Origin: an uncultured SAR86 cluster bacterium
GTDB lineage: Bacteria > Pseudomonadota > Gammaproteobacteria > Magnimaribacterales > D2472
Direction: 5' to 3'
NCBI GenBank assembly: GCA_902512655.1
Contig: CABXJR010000003.1
Coordinates: 3,355 to 67,354 of the forward strand
DNA: 64,000 nucleotides
Positions 28,646 through 41,338 of the stretch are shown piece by piece. Numbering within the stretch: the stretch's first letter is position 1; the number at the start of each line of letters is the position of its first letter. The notes beneath the pieces are model-generated. The model had not been told where the DNA came from. It did no database searches and saw nothing but the letters and a program-made list of their open reading frames with translations. Made by a program: the position numbers and the translations under genes.

Positions 28646-29802
28646 TAAAAAATTTTTAAAGAAGCGATTGCATATACAGCAATACCATTTCCATCACCAA
28701 TAACCCCCATTTTCTCTGTGGTAGTAGCTTTTACCCCAATCAGACTTTCCTCAATACTTAAGATTGCTGCGAGAGATTTTTTGAGTTGATCTACATAAGG
28801 TTCAATTTTTGGTTGCTCGCACACAATTACAAAATCAATATTCCTTGGTTGAAGGCCTCTCTCTTTTAATAAATCTAATGCCTTTTCAATAATTTTTAAG
28901 CTACTAAGATTTTTATTTTCTTCTTCAGTATCAGGAAAATAGTAGCCAATATCTCTCAATCCCGCAGCACCAAGTAGGGCATCGGAGATAGCATGCAAAA
29001 CAATGTCTCCATCTGAATGTGCCACCGTGGATAGTTTGCATTTTATAAAGACATTACCTAGAGTTAAACCATCTCCTGGCTGAAATCTATGAAAGTCCAC
29101 GCCTCTCCCAATCCTAAAATCTTTTCCTATGTGGTTAGCTATATCTTCAACATAAGTTATTTTTATATTTGATACTTCTCCAGGCGCTGCTAAAACTTTA
29201 AATCCCGCATACTCCATTGCTTGAGACTCATCACTCATATGTAGATTTTCTTTTTTGAGCTTATCAAGTGCTACTTTTAGAGATTTACGATAGAAAATTT
29301 GAGGAGTTTGAACATGCAAAAAATTTTCTCTTTCAACAGGAATTGTCTCGTCACCTTTTTTCATACGCAGAGAATCAGTTACTGAAATTACTGGAAACAC
29401 TCCCTGAGCAGATTGAGCGTTGACAAATTGGGTCAATAAATCCTCAAAATGGTTCTTTTGTACCCAAGGTCTTGCGGCATCATGAACTACTACAATTTCT
29501 ACACTTTCATCAACTGCTGCTAAGGCATTAAATACTGATTCACTCCTTGAAGAGCCTCCTGTAATAATTCTAGCTTTCGTGTTCTTATAAAAAGATTGGG
29601 ATTTAATTAAATCTTCATCTTCATCTTCATTTATAGCAACAATTACTTCTTTGATGCTAGAAATTTCTAAAAATAAATTAACAGACTTCTCTAAAACCGT
29701 CTCATCTCCAAGATTTAAAAATTGCTTAGGAATTGAGCAACCAAAACGACTACCACTTCCTGCAGCAGGAATGATAACTGCAATGTTATCCCTGAGGCTC
29801 AT
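28645..29802 (-). CDS. ispDF: Bifunctional IspD/IspF (MEP cytidylyltransferase plus MEcPP synthase)
   Basis: N-terminal half IIPAAGSGSRFG...VHDAARP (IspD). C-terminal half RIGRGVDFHRF...HSDGDIVLHAISDALLGA (IspF). The track start is 29844; ATG 29802 aligns better with the IspD N-terminus. Confidence 0.9.
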   Translation of the reverse strand: MSLRDNIAVIIPAAGSGSRFGCSIPKQFLNLGDETVLEKSVNLFLEISSIKEVIVAINEDEDEDLIKSQSFYKNTKARIITGGSSRSESVFNALAAVDESVEIVVVHDAARPWVQKNHFEDLLTQFVNAQSAQGVFPVISVTDSLRMKKGDETIPVERENFLHVQTPQIFYRKSLKVALDKLKKENLHMSDESQAMEYAGFKVLAAPGEVSNIKITYVEDIANHIGKDFRIGRGVDFHRFQPGDGLTLGNVFIKCKLSTVAHSDGDIVLHAISDALLGAAGLRDIGYYFPDTEEENKNLSSLKIIEKALDLLKERGLQPRNIDFVIVCEQPKIEPYVDQLKKSLAAILSIEESLIGVKATTTEKMGVIGDGNGIAVYAIASLKIF

Positions 29803-30088
29803 TAGGCTTTCTCTCCCTAAATCTAAGAAAATCCTCATCTTCATAGATTAAATTTAATTCTTCCCTAGCAAACTTTTCTGCATGAGCATCATTCTTTTGT
29901 TTGCTCTGAATCTCGCTCTCTAATTGATTATTTTCTTCAGCAATAACTTGATTTTGCATAAGAAGTTCTTGATTTTCATTTTGTACAGCAGCGAAATTTC
30001 TTTTACTATCAATACCAAAAAAAAGATTATATAAAGCAATAAAAATTAATAAGAGAATAAACAAATTTAAAAATTTAACTAATGACAT
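29786..30088 (-). CDS. ftsB: Cell division protein FtsB
   Basis: About 100 aa with an N-terminal TM helix and a coiled coil. ARE(E)LN..Y.DE resembles the E. coli FtsB end. eno-ftsB-ispD synteny. The track start 30097 is TTG. Confidence 0.8.
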   Translation of the reverse strand: MSLVKFLNLFILLLIFIALYNLFFGIDSKRNFAAVQNENQELLMQNQVIAEENNQLESEIQSKQKNDAHAEKFAREELNLIYEDEDFLRFRERKPNEPQG

Positions 30089-31363
30089 TTTTGGCAAAAG
30101 TTAGATCAGATTGCTCAGCCTCAATCCACAGTAATCTATTGTATTTTGCCACTCTGTCAGATCTGCAAGGAGCGCCTGTTTTAATTTGGCCAGTCCCTAA
30201 ACCAACACAAAGATCTGCAATAGTACTATCTTCCGTTTCTCCTGATCTATGAGAAATAATTGATTTAAATCCATTTTTATTACCCAGATGAATGGTTTTC
30301 ATGGTTTCAGTGATAGTTCCAATTTGATTAAATTTAATCAAAATTGAATTTGCCAAAGAATGATCAATCCCTTTTTGAAGTTCTGTTGAATTGGTTACGA
30401 ATAGATCGTCTCCCACTAGTTGACATCTATCTCCCAATACCTTTGTAAGATTTTTCCACCCCTCAAAATCACTTTCATCCATCCCATCTTCTATTGAAAA
30501 GATAGGGTACTTATTAGTAAGGTCTTCTAGATAGTGAGTGAACTCATTGGGATTTAACTGTATAGATTCTCCTGCAAGGTTGTAAATGCCATTGTTATAG
30601 AATTCTGAAGCAGCGCAGTCCAAAGCAATTCCCACATCCCTACCCTCGGTAAGCCCATTATTTCGAATAGCTTGAATGATAAGCTCTATAGCTTCTTGAT
30701 TAGACTGAAGGTTTGGAGCGAAACCACCCTCATCGCCAACACTCGTACTTAAACCTTTTGAATTTAAAATATTCTTCAGATCAGAATATATCTCTGTTGC
30801 CCATTGCATGGCTTGGGAGAAATTATCAGCTCCAACAGGCATGATCATAAATTCTTGAATATCAATATTATTGTTAGCATGCTCCCCACCGTTAATAATA
30901 TTTAACATTGGGGTTGGCATTCGCATCTTTGGTTTATCAACATTTATATTAGAAAAAACCTGATTTATATATTTATATAGGGGTAGCTTCAATGCTTTAG
31001 AGCCTGCATGCAAGACAGCCAAAGATACACCCAAAATAGCATTTGCACCAAGCTTAGATTTAGATGAGGTGCCATCTAAAGCAAGCATTTTTTCATCAAT
31101 GTCTTGCTGATTTGTAACATCCATACCAATTAATGCTGGAGCAATTACTTCTTTGATATTTGCCACAGCTTTACTAACACCCTTACCCATAAAAGCTGAA
31201 TTATCATCTCTAAGCTCTAAAGCCTCTTTAGACCCTGTAGATGCTCCACTTGGAACCATTGAAGTTGCATAAATACCATTATCTAAAATTACCTTACAGG
31301 AAACTGTTGGAGTTCCTCTAGAATCAATGATTTGAATTGCTTGGATAGAGTTAATGATTGGCA

Positions 31364-31364
<1 letters not shown>
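30075..31364 (-). CDS. eno: Enolase
   Basis: 429 aa. SHRSGETED and IKTGAPCRSDR. Confidence 0.96.
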
Positions 31365-33834
<2,470 letters not shown>

Positions 33835-33888
33835 TTAAGTTATGATGGGAATACAGAATATCAGATTCTAGTCCTAATAAAAACTAAG

Positions 33889-34968
33889 TTAGGCAGATTC
33901 TTCAAATAATGGTCTTGATAAATCAGCCCAATCTATATCAGCATCACTTTTGGCTTCCGCATATTCTAAGATACCCAAATCTTCAAATTTACCTTTTACA
34001 GAATCTCTTAGTAGGCCGATTCTTCTTAAGTTTGGCATAACTCTTTGAAAAAGCAGTTTTTGAAAATGCTTAGTAATATCAGAACCTAATTGAAATTGTC
34101 TTGCATCCTCAGCATCCCAGCCAAAATGATCAAAAACATCCATTGAAACAAGCCTCTCCCTACTTAACCAGCATGCCTCATAGGCAAATTGTGCACGGTC
34201 TTCTTTCTCATCTTCTGTCAAGGTTTCAACAAATTCTTCAAGATAGTTTATTCCAAATGTGACATGCCTAGCCTCATCACGAATAATCAAGCCAAGCATA
34301 TCTCTCAATACAGGGTCCTTGGTTAGCTCTCTGGAGGTTTGAAATGCAGCCAGCGCTAAACCCTCAATAATAGTTTGCATGCCAATAAACTTAAGATCCC
34401 ATCTTGGATCAGTAAGAATTTTATCTAAAATTGATTTCAAAGCATTTCCGATTGGGTACATAAGTTTTATTCTTGTTTGAATATACTTATTAAAAGCCTC
34501 CACATGTCTAGCCTCATCAAATGTCTGAGATGCTGCATAGAGCTTTGCATTATAAGTTGGAGCACATGAAGTAAGTTGAGAGGCAACCAGGAGAGCTCCT
34601 TGCTCCCCATGAAGAAATTGACTTTGACTCCAAGCAATTCGATGGTTTAAAAATTCTATTTTTTTATCATCAGAAAATTTTTGATACGGAGCATAATCAT
34701 CCCAAAATATTGGAGTTGGCTCAGTCATAGGCTCAAATGGTCTAGACCAATCAATATCAACCTCAACATTCCAATTTAGCTCCTTTCCGAGCTCATAAAG
34801 CTTTTTGAGCCTATTATCTTGAACAGTGTAATCCCAGTTATATGCTCCAGATAAAGGAGTATTAAAGATTTCTGCAATGTCAGTAGCCACGCCTTCAGTC
34901 ATGTATGGAGGAAGACCTTCCTCCAATTGAATTTCTCTAGGGTTATTTTTTAAATAATCAATTTTCAT
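33889..34968 (-). CDS. Ferritin-like diiron-carboxylate oxygenase (DExRH type; AurF/desaturase-like), function unknown
   Basis: 359 aa with two E-x(~30)-DEARH modules (HGEQGAL...FDEARHVEAF and IIEGLAL...RDEARHVTFG). Its ATG overlaps the alr stop (ATGA). Confidence 0.5.
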   Translation of the reverse strand: MKIDYLKNNPREIQLEEGLPPYMTEGVATDIAEIFNTPLSGAYNWDYTVQDNRLKKLYELGKELNWNVEVDIDWSRPFEPMTEPTPIFWDDYAPYQKFSDDKKIEFLNHRIAWSQSQFLHGEQGALLVASQLTSCAPTYNAKLYAASQTFDEARHVEAFNKYIQTRIKLMYPIGNALKSILDKILTDPRWDLKFIGMQTIIEGLALAAFQTSRELTKDPVLRDMLGLIIRDEARHVTFGINYLEEFVETLTEDEKEDRAQFAYEACWLSRERLVSMDVFDHFGWDAEDARQFQLGSDITKHFQKLLFQRVMPNLRRIGLLRDSVKGKFEDLGILEYAEAKSDADIDWADLSRPLFEESA

Positions 34969-36014
34969 ATATTTAAATAGTGTCGTTTTACTCTTTGATT
35001 TATTTTGGTCATAAGTTCATAAGAAAGCAAACCATTCTTTTCCGTATTCTCTAAGATAGATAATTCAGGAGACCATAATTCACACCAGTCTCCAATTTTA
35101 CAATCGGGGATTTCTGTAATATCAATTGAAATTAGATCCATGCTGACTCTTCCAAGAATTTGAGATCGATGGCCATTCACTAATACAGATGTTCCATCTA
35201 TAACTGTTTGAGGGAAACCATCAGCATAACCACAATATACAATAGCAATCTTAGAAGATTTTTCTGTCTTTACCCTTCCACCATATCCAATTCTTTCATT
35301 TTTATCTAAGGATTGAATGGAGATAATTTGACTTCTAAATGTCATAGCAGTTTTTAAACCTAAAAAGTCGATTCCTCCATACATGGCAATGCCTGGTCTA
35401 ACCCAATCATACGCTCTATCAGGAAAATTAAATACTCCAGCAGAATTCAATAAGCTTCTTTGCATTTCTATTTCAATCTGATTCCAGGCATGATCAAAAC
35501 TCTTAAATTGAGCATCATTTAACTCATCTTCTGGTTTATCTGCACAAGCTAAATGCGTCATCAAAACATTTGAATTCTTTAGAAGCGATTCAAATTGATC
35601 AAGCTCATCTAGTCCAATACCCAGCCTATTCATGCCAGTATTTACTTTAATCCAAAACTGCAAATCATCTCGGTATTGCTTTGCTAGTGGCAATTGAGAT
35701 ATTGAATGAATGACAGACCATATATTATTTTGTTTTAAAGCATCATAAGCATCTGATGAATATACACCTTGCATAACCAAGATTGGCTTTGAGGATGTTT
35801 CTCTTATCTTAAGAGCCTCTCCTAATCTAACCACACCATATCCATCAATTGCATCGTCTAATGCCTTAGCGGCTATCTCAAGATCATGCCCATATGCATT
35901 ACTTTTAATAACGCCCATAATTTTGCAATTTGCAGATAAGTTGCTTTTAATTACTTGGATATTATTTCTTACAAGCTCATAATCAATTACAAGCTCTGAA
36001 TTTGGTTCAATCAT
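34965..36014 (-). CDS. alr: Alanine racemase
   Basis: 349 aa. PLP-Lys motif VIKSNAYGHD. dnaB-alr synteny with 4-nt overlaps at both ends. Confidence 0.92.
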   Translation of the reverse strand: MIEPNSELVIDYELVRNNIQVIKSNLSANCKIMGVIKSNAYGHDLEIAAKALDDAIDGYGVVRLGEALKIRETSSKPILVMQGVYSSDAYDALKQNNIWSVIHSISQLPLAKQYRDDLQFWIKVNTGMNRLGIGLDELDQFESLLKNSNVLMTHLACADKPEDELNDAQFKSFDHAWNQIEIEMQRSLLNSAGVFNFPDRAYDWVRPGIAMYGGIDFLGLKTAMTFRSQIISIQSLDKNERIGYGGRVKTEKSSKIAIVYCGYADGFPQTVIDGTSVLVNGHRSQILGRVSMDLISIDITEIPDCKIGDWCELWSPELSILENTEKNGLLSYELMTKINQRVKRHYLNI

Positions 36015-37381
36015 TGAATTGAGTCGTAATAGCTATCAACAGCAAAGTCTTCAAACCTTGTAAATTCTTTAAGGAAAGTAAGATTCACTTTCCCGATCGG
36101 TCCATTTCTTTGTTTACCGATAATAATTTCGGCCTTGTTTCCCTCTTCAGAATCTTCGTTATAAACCTCATCTCTGTAAATAAATAAGATTACATCTGCG
36201 TCTTGCTCAATTGCACCTGAATCTCTTAAATCTGCCATAATAGGTCGCTTATTGGGTCTTTGCTCTACAGCTCGATTTAACTGAGATAATGCCATTACGG
36301 GAACATTAAGTTCTTTTGCAAGCATTTTTAAAGATCTAGAAATTTCAGAAATTTGATTTACTCTATTTTCTTGTGACGCAGGTAATTGCATTAATTGAAG
36401 ATAATCGACGACTATCAAAGACAATCCGTTGGGTTCTTGTCTAGCAATTCGACGAGCTCTTGCTCGCAACTCCATGGGTGAGAGCATTGAACTATCATCA
36501 ATATAAAGAGGTAAATCTTTTAATTTAGAAGATGACTCCATAAACTTTTTGAGGTCAGCTTGATTCATTGAGGCTGATCTAACTTTTTGTTGGTCAATTT
36601 TAGCGTTACTTGCTAATAATCTAGTAGTCAATGACTCAGCTGGCATTTCAAGGCTGAACACTAAAACGCCACCAGAAATATCGTTATTAAGAACAAGGTT
36701 CTCAACAATATTCATGCTTAATGCTGTTTTACCCATACTTGGTCTAGCAGCAACAATTATCAAGTCTCCCTTTTGCAGCCCTTGTAACTTACTATCAAGA
36801 TCCTTATAACCTGTAGAAGCACCAAGTAGAGATGATCCATTTTTTGCAATTTCATTCATTCTCTCAATTGATTGAGGGATTAACTCGTCTAATTTCTGAA
36901 TATTATTTGATGTTCTGCTAGCTTCATCATTTAATGAAAAAATTTTTGTTTCAGCTTCATCGAGCAATTCGTCTGCATCTTTACCCTGAGGGTTAATAAT
37001 AAGCTCAGAAATTTCTGAGTTAATCTTCATGAGCCTTCTTGAAATAGATTTTTGCCTAATCATCCCGGCGTAAGCTTCTAAATTTGCTGCGGAGGGACTG
37101 GTAGAGGCTAAATCAATTAAATAATTCTTGCCGCCTGCTCTTGTGAGGAGATTCTTGCTATCAAGTCGATCTGAAACTGTGAGAGGGTCTAGGGGTTTAT
37201 TAGAATTAACAAGCTCCCCCATTGACTGAAAAATATTTTGATGATCTTGACCCTCAAAATCAGTGAATTCAATGATCTCGCTAACAGCATCATATCTTTC
37301 TGTCTCAAGCATTAGTCCACCTAAGATAGCTCTTTCGAGCTCTCTCACTTGCTGTGTATTTTCTATGGATTTGGTGGACAT
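36011..37381 (-). CDS. dnaB: Replicative DNA helicase DnaB
   Basis: 456 aa. Walker A ARPSMGKTA, VVDYLQLM, and QLNR..E.R. No intein. Confidence 0.96.
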   Translation of the reverse strand: MSTKSIENTQQVRELERAILGGLMLETERYDAVSEIIEFTDFEGQDHQNIFQSMGELVNSNKPLDPLTVSDRLDSKNLLTRAGGKNYLIDLASTSPSAANLEAYAGMIRQKSISRRLMKINSEISELIINPQGKDADELLDEAETKIFSLNDEASRTSNNIQKLDELIPQSIERMNEIAKNGSSLLGASTGYKDLDSKLQGLQKGDLIIVAARPSMGKTALSMNIVENLVLNNDISGGVLVFSLEMPAESLTTRLLASNAKIDQQKVRSASMNQADLKKFMESSSKLKDLPLYIDDSSMLSPMELRARARRIARQEPNGLSLIVVDYLQLMQLPASQENRVNQISEISRSLKMLAKELNVPVMALSQLNRAVEQRPNKRPIMADLRDSGAIEQDADVILFIYRDEVYNEDSEEGNKAEIIIGKQRNGPIGKVNLTFLKEFTRFEDFAVDSYYDSIQ

Positions 37382-37417
37382 AAATATGATTCTTACATCA
37401 TATTATTAAGATAACAA

Positions 37418-37864
37418 CTATTCAGGTTTAACAGATACCTCAACAACACACGAAACTTCAGGGTGGAATAGCAAAGTAATTGAGTAATCTCCAAGCTCTT
37501 TCAGAGGTCCATCAGGCAATTGAATGACGCTTTTGTCAACAGTATGATCAATCTCATTAAATGCATCTGAAATTTCTCTAGTTCCAACTGAGCCATACAA
37601 TGCGTCCTCCTCAGTTACTTGGACTTTAATCTCAACCTTAGCTCCGGAAACTGCATCGGCCTTACCTTGAGCATTTGCTAACTCATCAGCTGAGGCTGCT
37701 GCCAGTTCTGATTTTTTGCTCTCAACATACTTAAGGTTTTCATCAGAGGCAAACATTGCTTTCTTTTTGGGAATAAGGAAATTTCTTGCATATCCTGAAC
37801 TAACCTCAACAACGTCTCCAATTTCACCTAATTTTTGGATTTTATCTAAAAGTATAATTTTCAT
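37418..37864 (-). CDS. rplI: 50S ribosomal protein L9
   Basis: 148 aa. Starts MKIILLDKIQKLGEIGDVVEV..GYARNFLIP. Confidence 0.95.
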   Translation of the reverse strand: MKIILLDKIQKLGEIGDVVEVSSGYARNFLIPKKKAMFASDENLKYVESKKSELAAASADELANAQGKADAVSGAKVEIKVQVTEEDALYGSVGTREISDAFNEIDHTVDKSVIQLPDGPLKELGDYSITLLFHPEVSCVVEVSVKPE

Positions 37865-37867
37865 AAT

Positions 37868-38059
37868 TTATCTATGAGAGTCTGTGTATGGTAGTAAAGC
37901 TAAAAATCTAGCAATCTTAATTGCTTTTGTTAGTTTTCTCTGCTCTGAAGCGCTGATATTAGAAACTCTTGCAGGTATAATTTTTCCTGTCTCAGTAATG
38001 TACCTTTTTAAGAGGTAAACATTCTTGTAATTAAAATTTTTGCTATTAGATTCTGTCAT
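37868..38059 (-). CDS. rpsR: 30S ribosomal protein S18 (short N-terminus)
   Basis: 63 aa. [12 protein letters not shown] and [11 protein letters not shown]. Confidence 0.93.
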   Translation of the reverse strand: MTESNSKNFNYKNVYLLKRYITETGKIIPARVSNISASEQRKLTKAIKIARFLALLPYTDSHR

Positions 38060-38499
38060 TATTCACCATCCTTTGATTCTTCTTTCTCAACTGACTCATC
38101 AGCATTATTTTTTTCTGCTGGTGTAACTTTTGGTTTCTCTTGACTCCGATCTTCTTCTTGAGGAGCTTTTTTTGCCTCCCTTGATTCTACAAGTAACAAT
38201 GAATCCTCTAATGATGGAGAGTCAACTTTTAATAAAAGGTGACGTATCACAGAAGTATCATATTTTAATTTAGATTCGAGCTCCAAAGCAGACTCTGAGG
38301 GACCTTCTATCTGGAAAATAGCATAATGACCTTTGTTGTGATTAAGGATGCTGTAGGCTAGCTGTCTTCGACCAATATTCTCAAGCTTATGAATTTTAAA
38401 ATTAATATCAGTTAAGGTCTTCTCAAACTTAGCGTGAAAATCATCGAACTTAGTAGATAAGTCAGGATTGAGTATTAGAGTTAATTCGTAATTATTCAT
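38059..38499 (-). CDS. rpsF: 30S ribosomal protein S6 with an acidic tail
   Basis: 146 aa. Starts [13 protein letters not shown] and contains GRRQLAY. Its stop overlaps the rpsR start, so there is no priB between them. Confidence 0.93.
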   Translation of the reverse strand: MNNYELTLILNPDLSTKFDDFHAKFEKTLTDINFKIHKLENIGRRQLAYSILNHNKGHYAIFQIEGPSESALELESKLKYDTSVIRHLLLKVDSPSLEDSLLLVESREAKKAPQEEDRSQEKPKVTPAEKNNADESVEKEESKDGE

Positions 38500-38579
38500 A
38501 TTTTTCCTTATGAGTTAATAGATTTTTTGAATATCAAAAAACCAAGGAGCGTGAATTCTATGTCAAATACATCCAGCAA

Positions 38580-39809
38580 TCAATAATTATTTTTTAAGAA
38601 GCCAAAAGCTTTATCAAAAAAACTTTTATTATTTTCTAATGTATAGCCTTGCTTAATTTGATCGAAACCAAAGCCAACCAAACCCAAAGCAGTAGCGTAT
38701 ATTGGATTTTTTAATACAGCCTCCATGCCATTAAATTTTTCAGGAATACCAAGTCTTACACTTGTTTGAAAGATAGATTCAGCTAAAGCAACAGCTCCTT
38801 CCATTTTTGAAGTGCCGCCTGTGAGAACAATCCCTGCAGGAATTTTATTTTCAAAACCATTACGTTTGATTTCTGCTTTTACTAAATCAAAAAGCTCGAC
38901 ATATCTTGGCTCAATGATTTCAGCCAATGATCTCCTAGATAAATCTTCCGGAGGCCTTCCTCCAACCCTCATTACTTCTAGAGTTTCTCCATCTTGAGTG
39001 AGTTCTGCTGCTGCACAACCATGTTTTTGCTTAATATCTTCTGCTTGAGCGGTAGGAGTTCTTAATGCAACAGCAATATCACTGGTTACTTGATCGCCTG
39101 CAATTGGAATAACTCCAGTAAATGATATTGAGCCAGAGTTAAATACTGCAATATCTGTGGTACCTCCGCCTATATCCACTAAACACACCCCAAGCTCTTT
39201 TTCATCCTCTGATAATACTGAATATGAGCTCGCTAACTGCTCCAAAACAAAACCATCTACACCAATTCCACATCTTTTAACACATTTTTCTATATTTTGA
39301 ATAGCATTATTAGCACAGGTCACTAGATGTACGTGGGACTCTAGCCTGACACCAGACATTCCAAGTGGCTCTCTAATAGAGTCTTGATTATCAATGACAT
39401 ATTCTTGAGGAAGGACATGCAGCACTCTTTGATCTGATGGAATTGCGACTGCCTGTGCTGCTTCAATAACTCTATCTATATCGCTTGCTTCAACTTCTTT
39501 ATCTTTTATGCCTACTATTCCATGAGAATTTAAACTACGAATATGGTTGCCTGCAATTCCAACATATACATTCTTAATTTTTCCTTCAAATGATGCCTGC
39601 GCCTGATCAATAGATTTTTGAATTGCATCTGTAGTTGCATCAATATTTACTACAACCCCTTTTTTAAGCCCGCTCGATGGATAAGACCCCATCGAGACTA
39701 CTTCTAATGAATATTGATCAACATACTTGCCAATAATACATACAACCTTTGAGGTCCCAATGTCTAATCCAACAACATAGTCAGAATCTTTTGTTCCGTC
39801 ATTTGCCAT
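38580..39809 (-). CDS. ftsA: Cell division protein FtsA
   Basis: 409 aa actin-like ATPase (GLDIGTSKV, VDIGGGTTDIAV). Confidence 0.95.
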   Translation of the reverse strand: MANDGTKDSDYVVGLDIGTSKVVCIIGKYVDQYSLEVVSMGSYPSSGLKKGVVVNIDATTDAIQKSIDQAQASFEGKIKNVYVGIAGNHIRSLNSHGIVGIKDKEVEASDIDRVIEAAQAVAIPSDQRVLHVLPQEYVIDNQDSIREPLGMSGVRLESHVHLVTCANNAIQNIEKCVKRCGIGVDGFVLEQLASSYSVLSEDEKELGVCLVDIGGGTTDIAVFNSGSISFTGVIPIAGDQVTSDIAVALRTPTAQAEDIKQKHGCAAAELTQDGETLEVMRVGGRPPEDLSRRSLAEIIEPRYVELFDLVKAEIKRNGFENKIPAGIVLTGGTSKMEGAVALAESIFQTSVRLGIPEKFNGMEAVLKNPIYATALGLVGFGFDQIKQGYTLENNKSFFDKAFGFLKNNY

Positions 39810-40446
39810 AATTTAAAGCTGCTCCATCCTTGTATCTTAAATCAATAATACTCGGAGTTAAGTTTTTTTCGAAAATATATTTTAAAGTTAAGGAAAGTTT
39901 TTCAAATATCGTATAGGAGAGATCAGAACCCATATTGATTCGTAAATTATTTCTGGTTTTAAAATACCAACCCTCTGCTTCAGTGTAAGTAACGGAAGAA
40001 ATTCTTAAATTAAAAGCTTCAGTTACTCCATAAAACTGCTTTTCAACTTTTAACCATTCAGCAACCAATTCAATTGGTATATTTAGATGCAATAAATCTG
40101 GATGCTCTTCAAAATATAAAAATTTATTTAAATTTTCATCTAAATAAAACTTTTCTTGCCAAATATATTTGGGCTCTTTTGATTCAATAAATATTTCTAA
40201 AGGTTTGAAGAGATTTTTCTTAATCAAGAAAGAATTGATCCAGTTTTGATTTTGTAAAAAATCAGAAAGGTTTTTGTATGAATTTATATCCTCCAAGGCT
40301 ATCAGCAGGCCCTCCTCTTGTTCCAAAAATTGAGGGTTTTCAAAAAATACGATTGCTTTTTGGCTTGAGATGTCTGAACATCCAAGAAAGATATTGGCTA
40401 TGAGAATGAGTAATAGAAATCTAGCTTTTAGCATTGATGATTTCAT
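39799..40446 (-). CDS. ftsQ: Cell division protein FtsQ (compact)
   Basis: 215 aa with an N-terminal hydrophobic anchor. Lies between ddl and ftsA. The call rests mainly on synteny. Confidence 0.75.
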   Translation of the reverse strand: MKSSMLKARFLLLILIANIFLGCSDISSQKAIVFFENPQFLEQEEGLLIALEDINSYKNLSDFLQNQNWINSFLIKKNLFKPLEIFIESKEPKYIWQEKFYLDENLNKFLYFEEHPDLLHLNIPIELVAEWLKVEKQFYGVTEAFNLRISSVTYTEAEGWYFKTRNNLRINMGSDLSYTIFEKLSLTLKYIFEKNLTPSIIDLRYKDGAALNYGK

Positions 40447-41338
40447 TTACAAGCTCATCATATGATAAGCCAATTGATTCTGCTGATTTAGGAAATAAAC
40501 TGTGAGATGTCATCCCAGGAACTGTATTTACCTCAAGAACATAAAAGTTTTGATTACTGTCTTGCATAAGGTCAACTCTTAACCAGCCCTTAGCTTTGAC
40601 GATATCAAGTGTTTTTAAACAAATCTGCTCAAGCTCAATTTTCTTTTTATCAGTAATTATAAATTCATTAAGCTCAGTGTCGTCATTTACATACTTGGCA
40701 TTAAAATTATAGAAAGATTCTTTGGTTATTATCTCTACTGGGGGTAAACATTTTCCGTTAAGAATAGGAACGGTGAGTTCTTTAAAATCTATACTTTCTT
40801 CAAATATAAATTGTCTTTTTGAATCTAAGCTATCGCTAATGGCTTTTTTTAAATCATTATTAGTTGATAATTTAAAAACATCTATACTTGATCCATCCTC
40901 TGTAGGCTTTAAAAAAATTTCATTGAATGGTCTGAATTGATCAAAAATTGAATCGTCTAAATTGCCCTTAAATTCATGCAAAGAGGGAACAGAAATCCAA
41001 TTTGGAGTAGGAATTCTATTTTCTCTTAAGATTTTTTTAAAGGTATCTTTATTCCAAGTAATTTTACAAGCTTCATAACCGCTTCCGGTATATGGAATGT
41101 TATTTTGTTGTAAGAAGCTTTGCAGCTCTCCTGACTCTCCATCCTGCCCGTGAAGAGCAATAAAAACAAAATCACCTTGCAAAAATTTTTCAGGTGAAAA
41201 CTCACTTGGATAATCAATTAATTCAGTCTCATAGCCCAAATCCTTAACTGATTGAAATACATATTTGCCACTTTCCAAGGATACACTTCGCTCGGAGGAC
41301 TCTCCGCCATACAAAACTGTAATTTTTTCTATTGCCAC
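40421..41338 (-). CDS. ddl: D-alanine--D-alanine ligase
   Basis: 305 aa ATP-grasp protein. Has GGES.E..VSL, HG..GE.G, and EVNT.PGMT. Confidence 0.93.
   Translation of the reverse strand: MAIEKITVLYGGESSERSVSLESGKYVFQSVKDLGYETELIDYPSEFSPEKFLQGDFVFIALHGQDGESGELQSFLQQNNIPYTGSGYEACKITWNKDTFKKILRENRIPTPNWISVPSLHEFKGNLDDSIFDQFRPFNEIFLKPTEDGSSIDVFKLSTNNDLKKAISDSLDSKRQFIFEESIDFKELTVPILNGKCLPPVEIITKESFYNFNAKYVNDDTELNEFIITDKKKIELEQICLKTLDIVKAKGWLRVDLMQDSNQNFYVLEVNTVPGMTSHSLFPKSAESIGLSYDELVNEIINAKS

Noticed and set aside
29803-29844. 14-codon N-terminal extension of IspDF (MKMRIFLDLGRESL), and similar long starts for recA (TTG 25370), ybgC (TTG 18574), ftsB (TTG 30097) and rpsI (60224)
   Set aside because: The extensions overlap upstream genes, often use non-ATG codons and are not matched by homologue N-termini. 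In each case a downstream ATG with an SD is more plausible.
38059-38059. Absence of priB between rpsF and rpsR
   Set aside because: The rpsF stop overlaps the rpsR start, so priB is truly not here. As I recall, rpsF-rpsR-rplI without priB is common outside enterics, for example in pseudomonads, so this is not unusual.
38523-38541. Perfect AT-rich palindrome TTTTTTGA-ATA-TCAAAAAA between ftsA and rpsF, considered as a terminator or operator
   Set aside because: The stem is almost all A/T with a single G-C pair, too weak to call an intrinsic terminator. No known operator motif is recognised, and such palindromes arise easily in AT-rich spacers.
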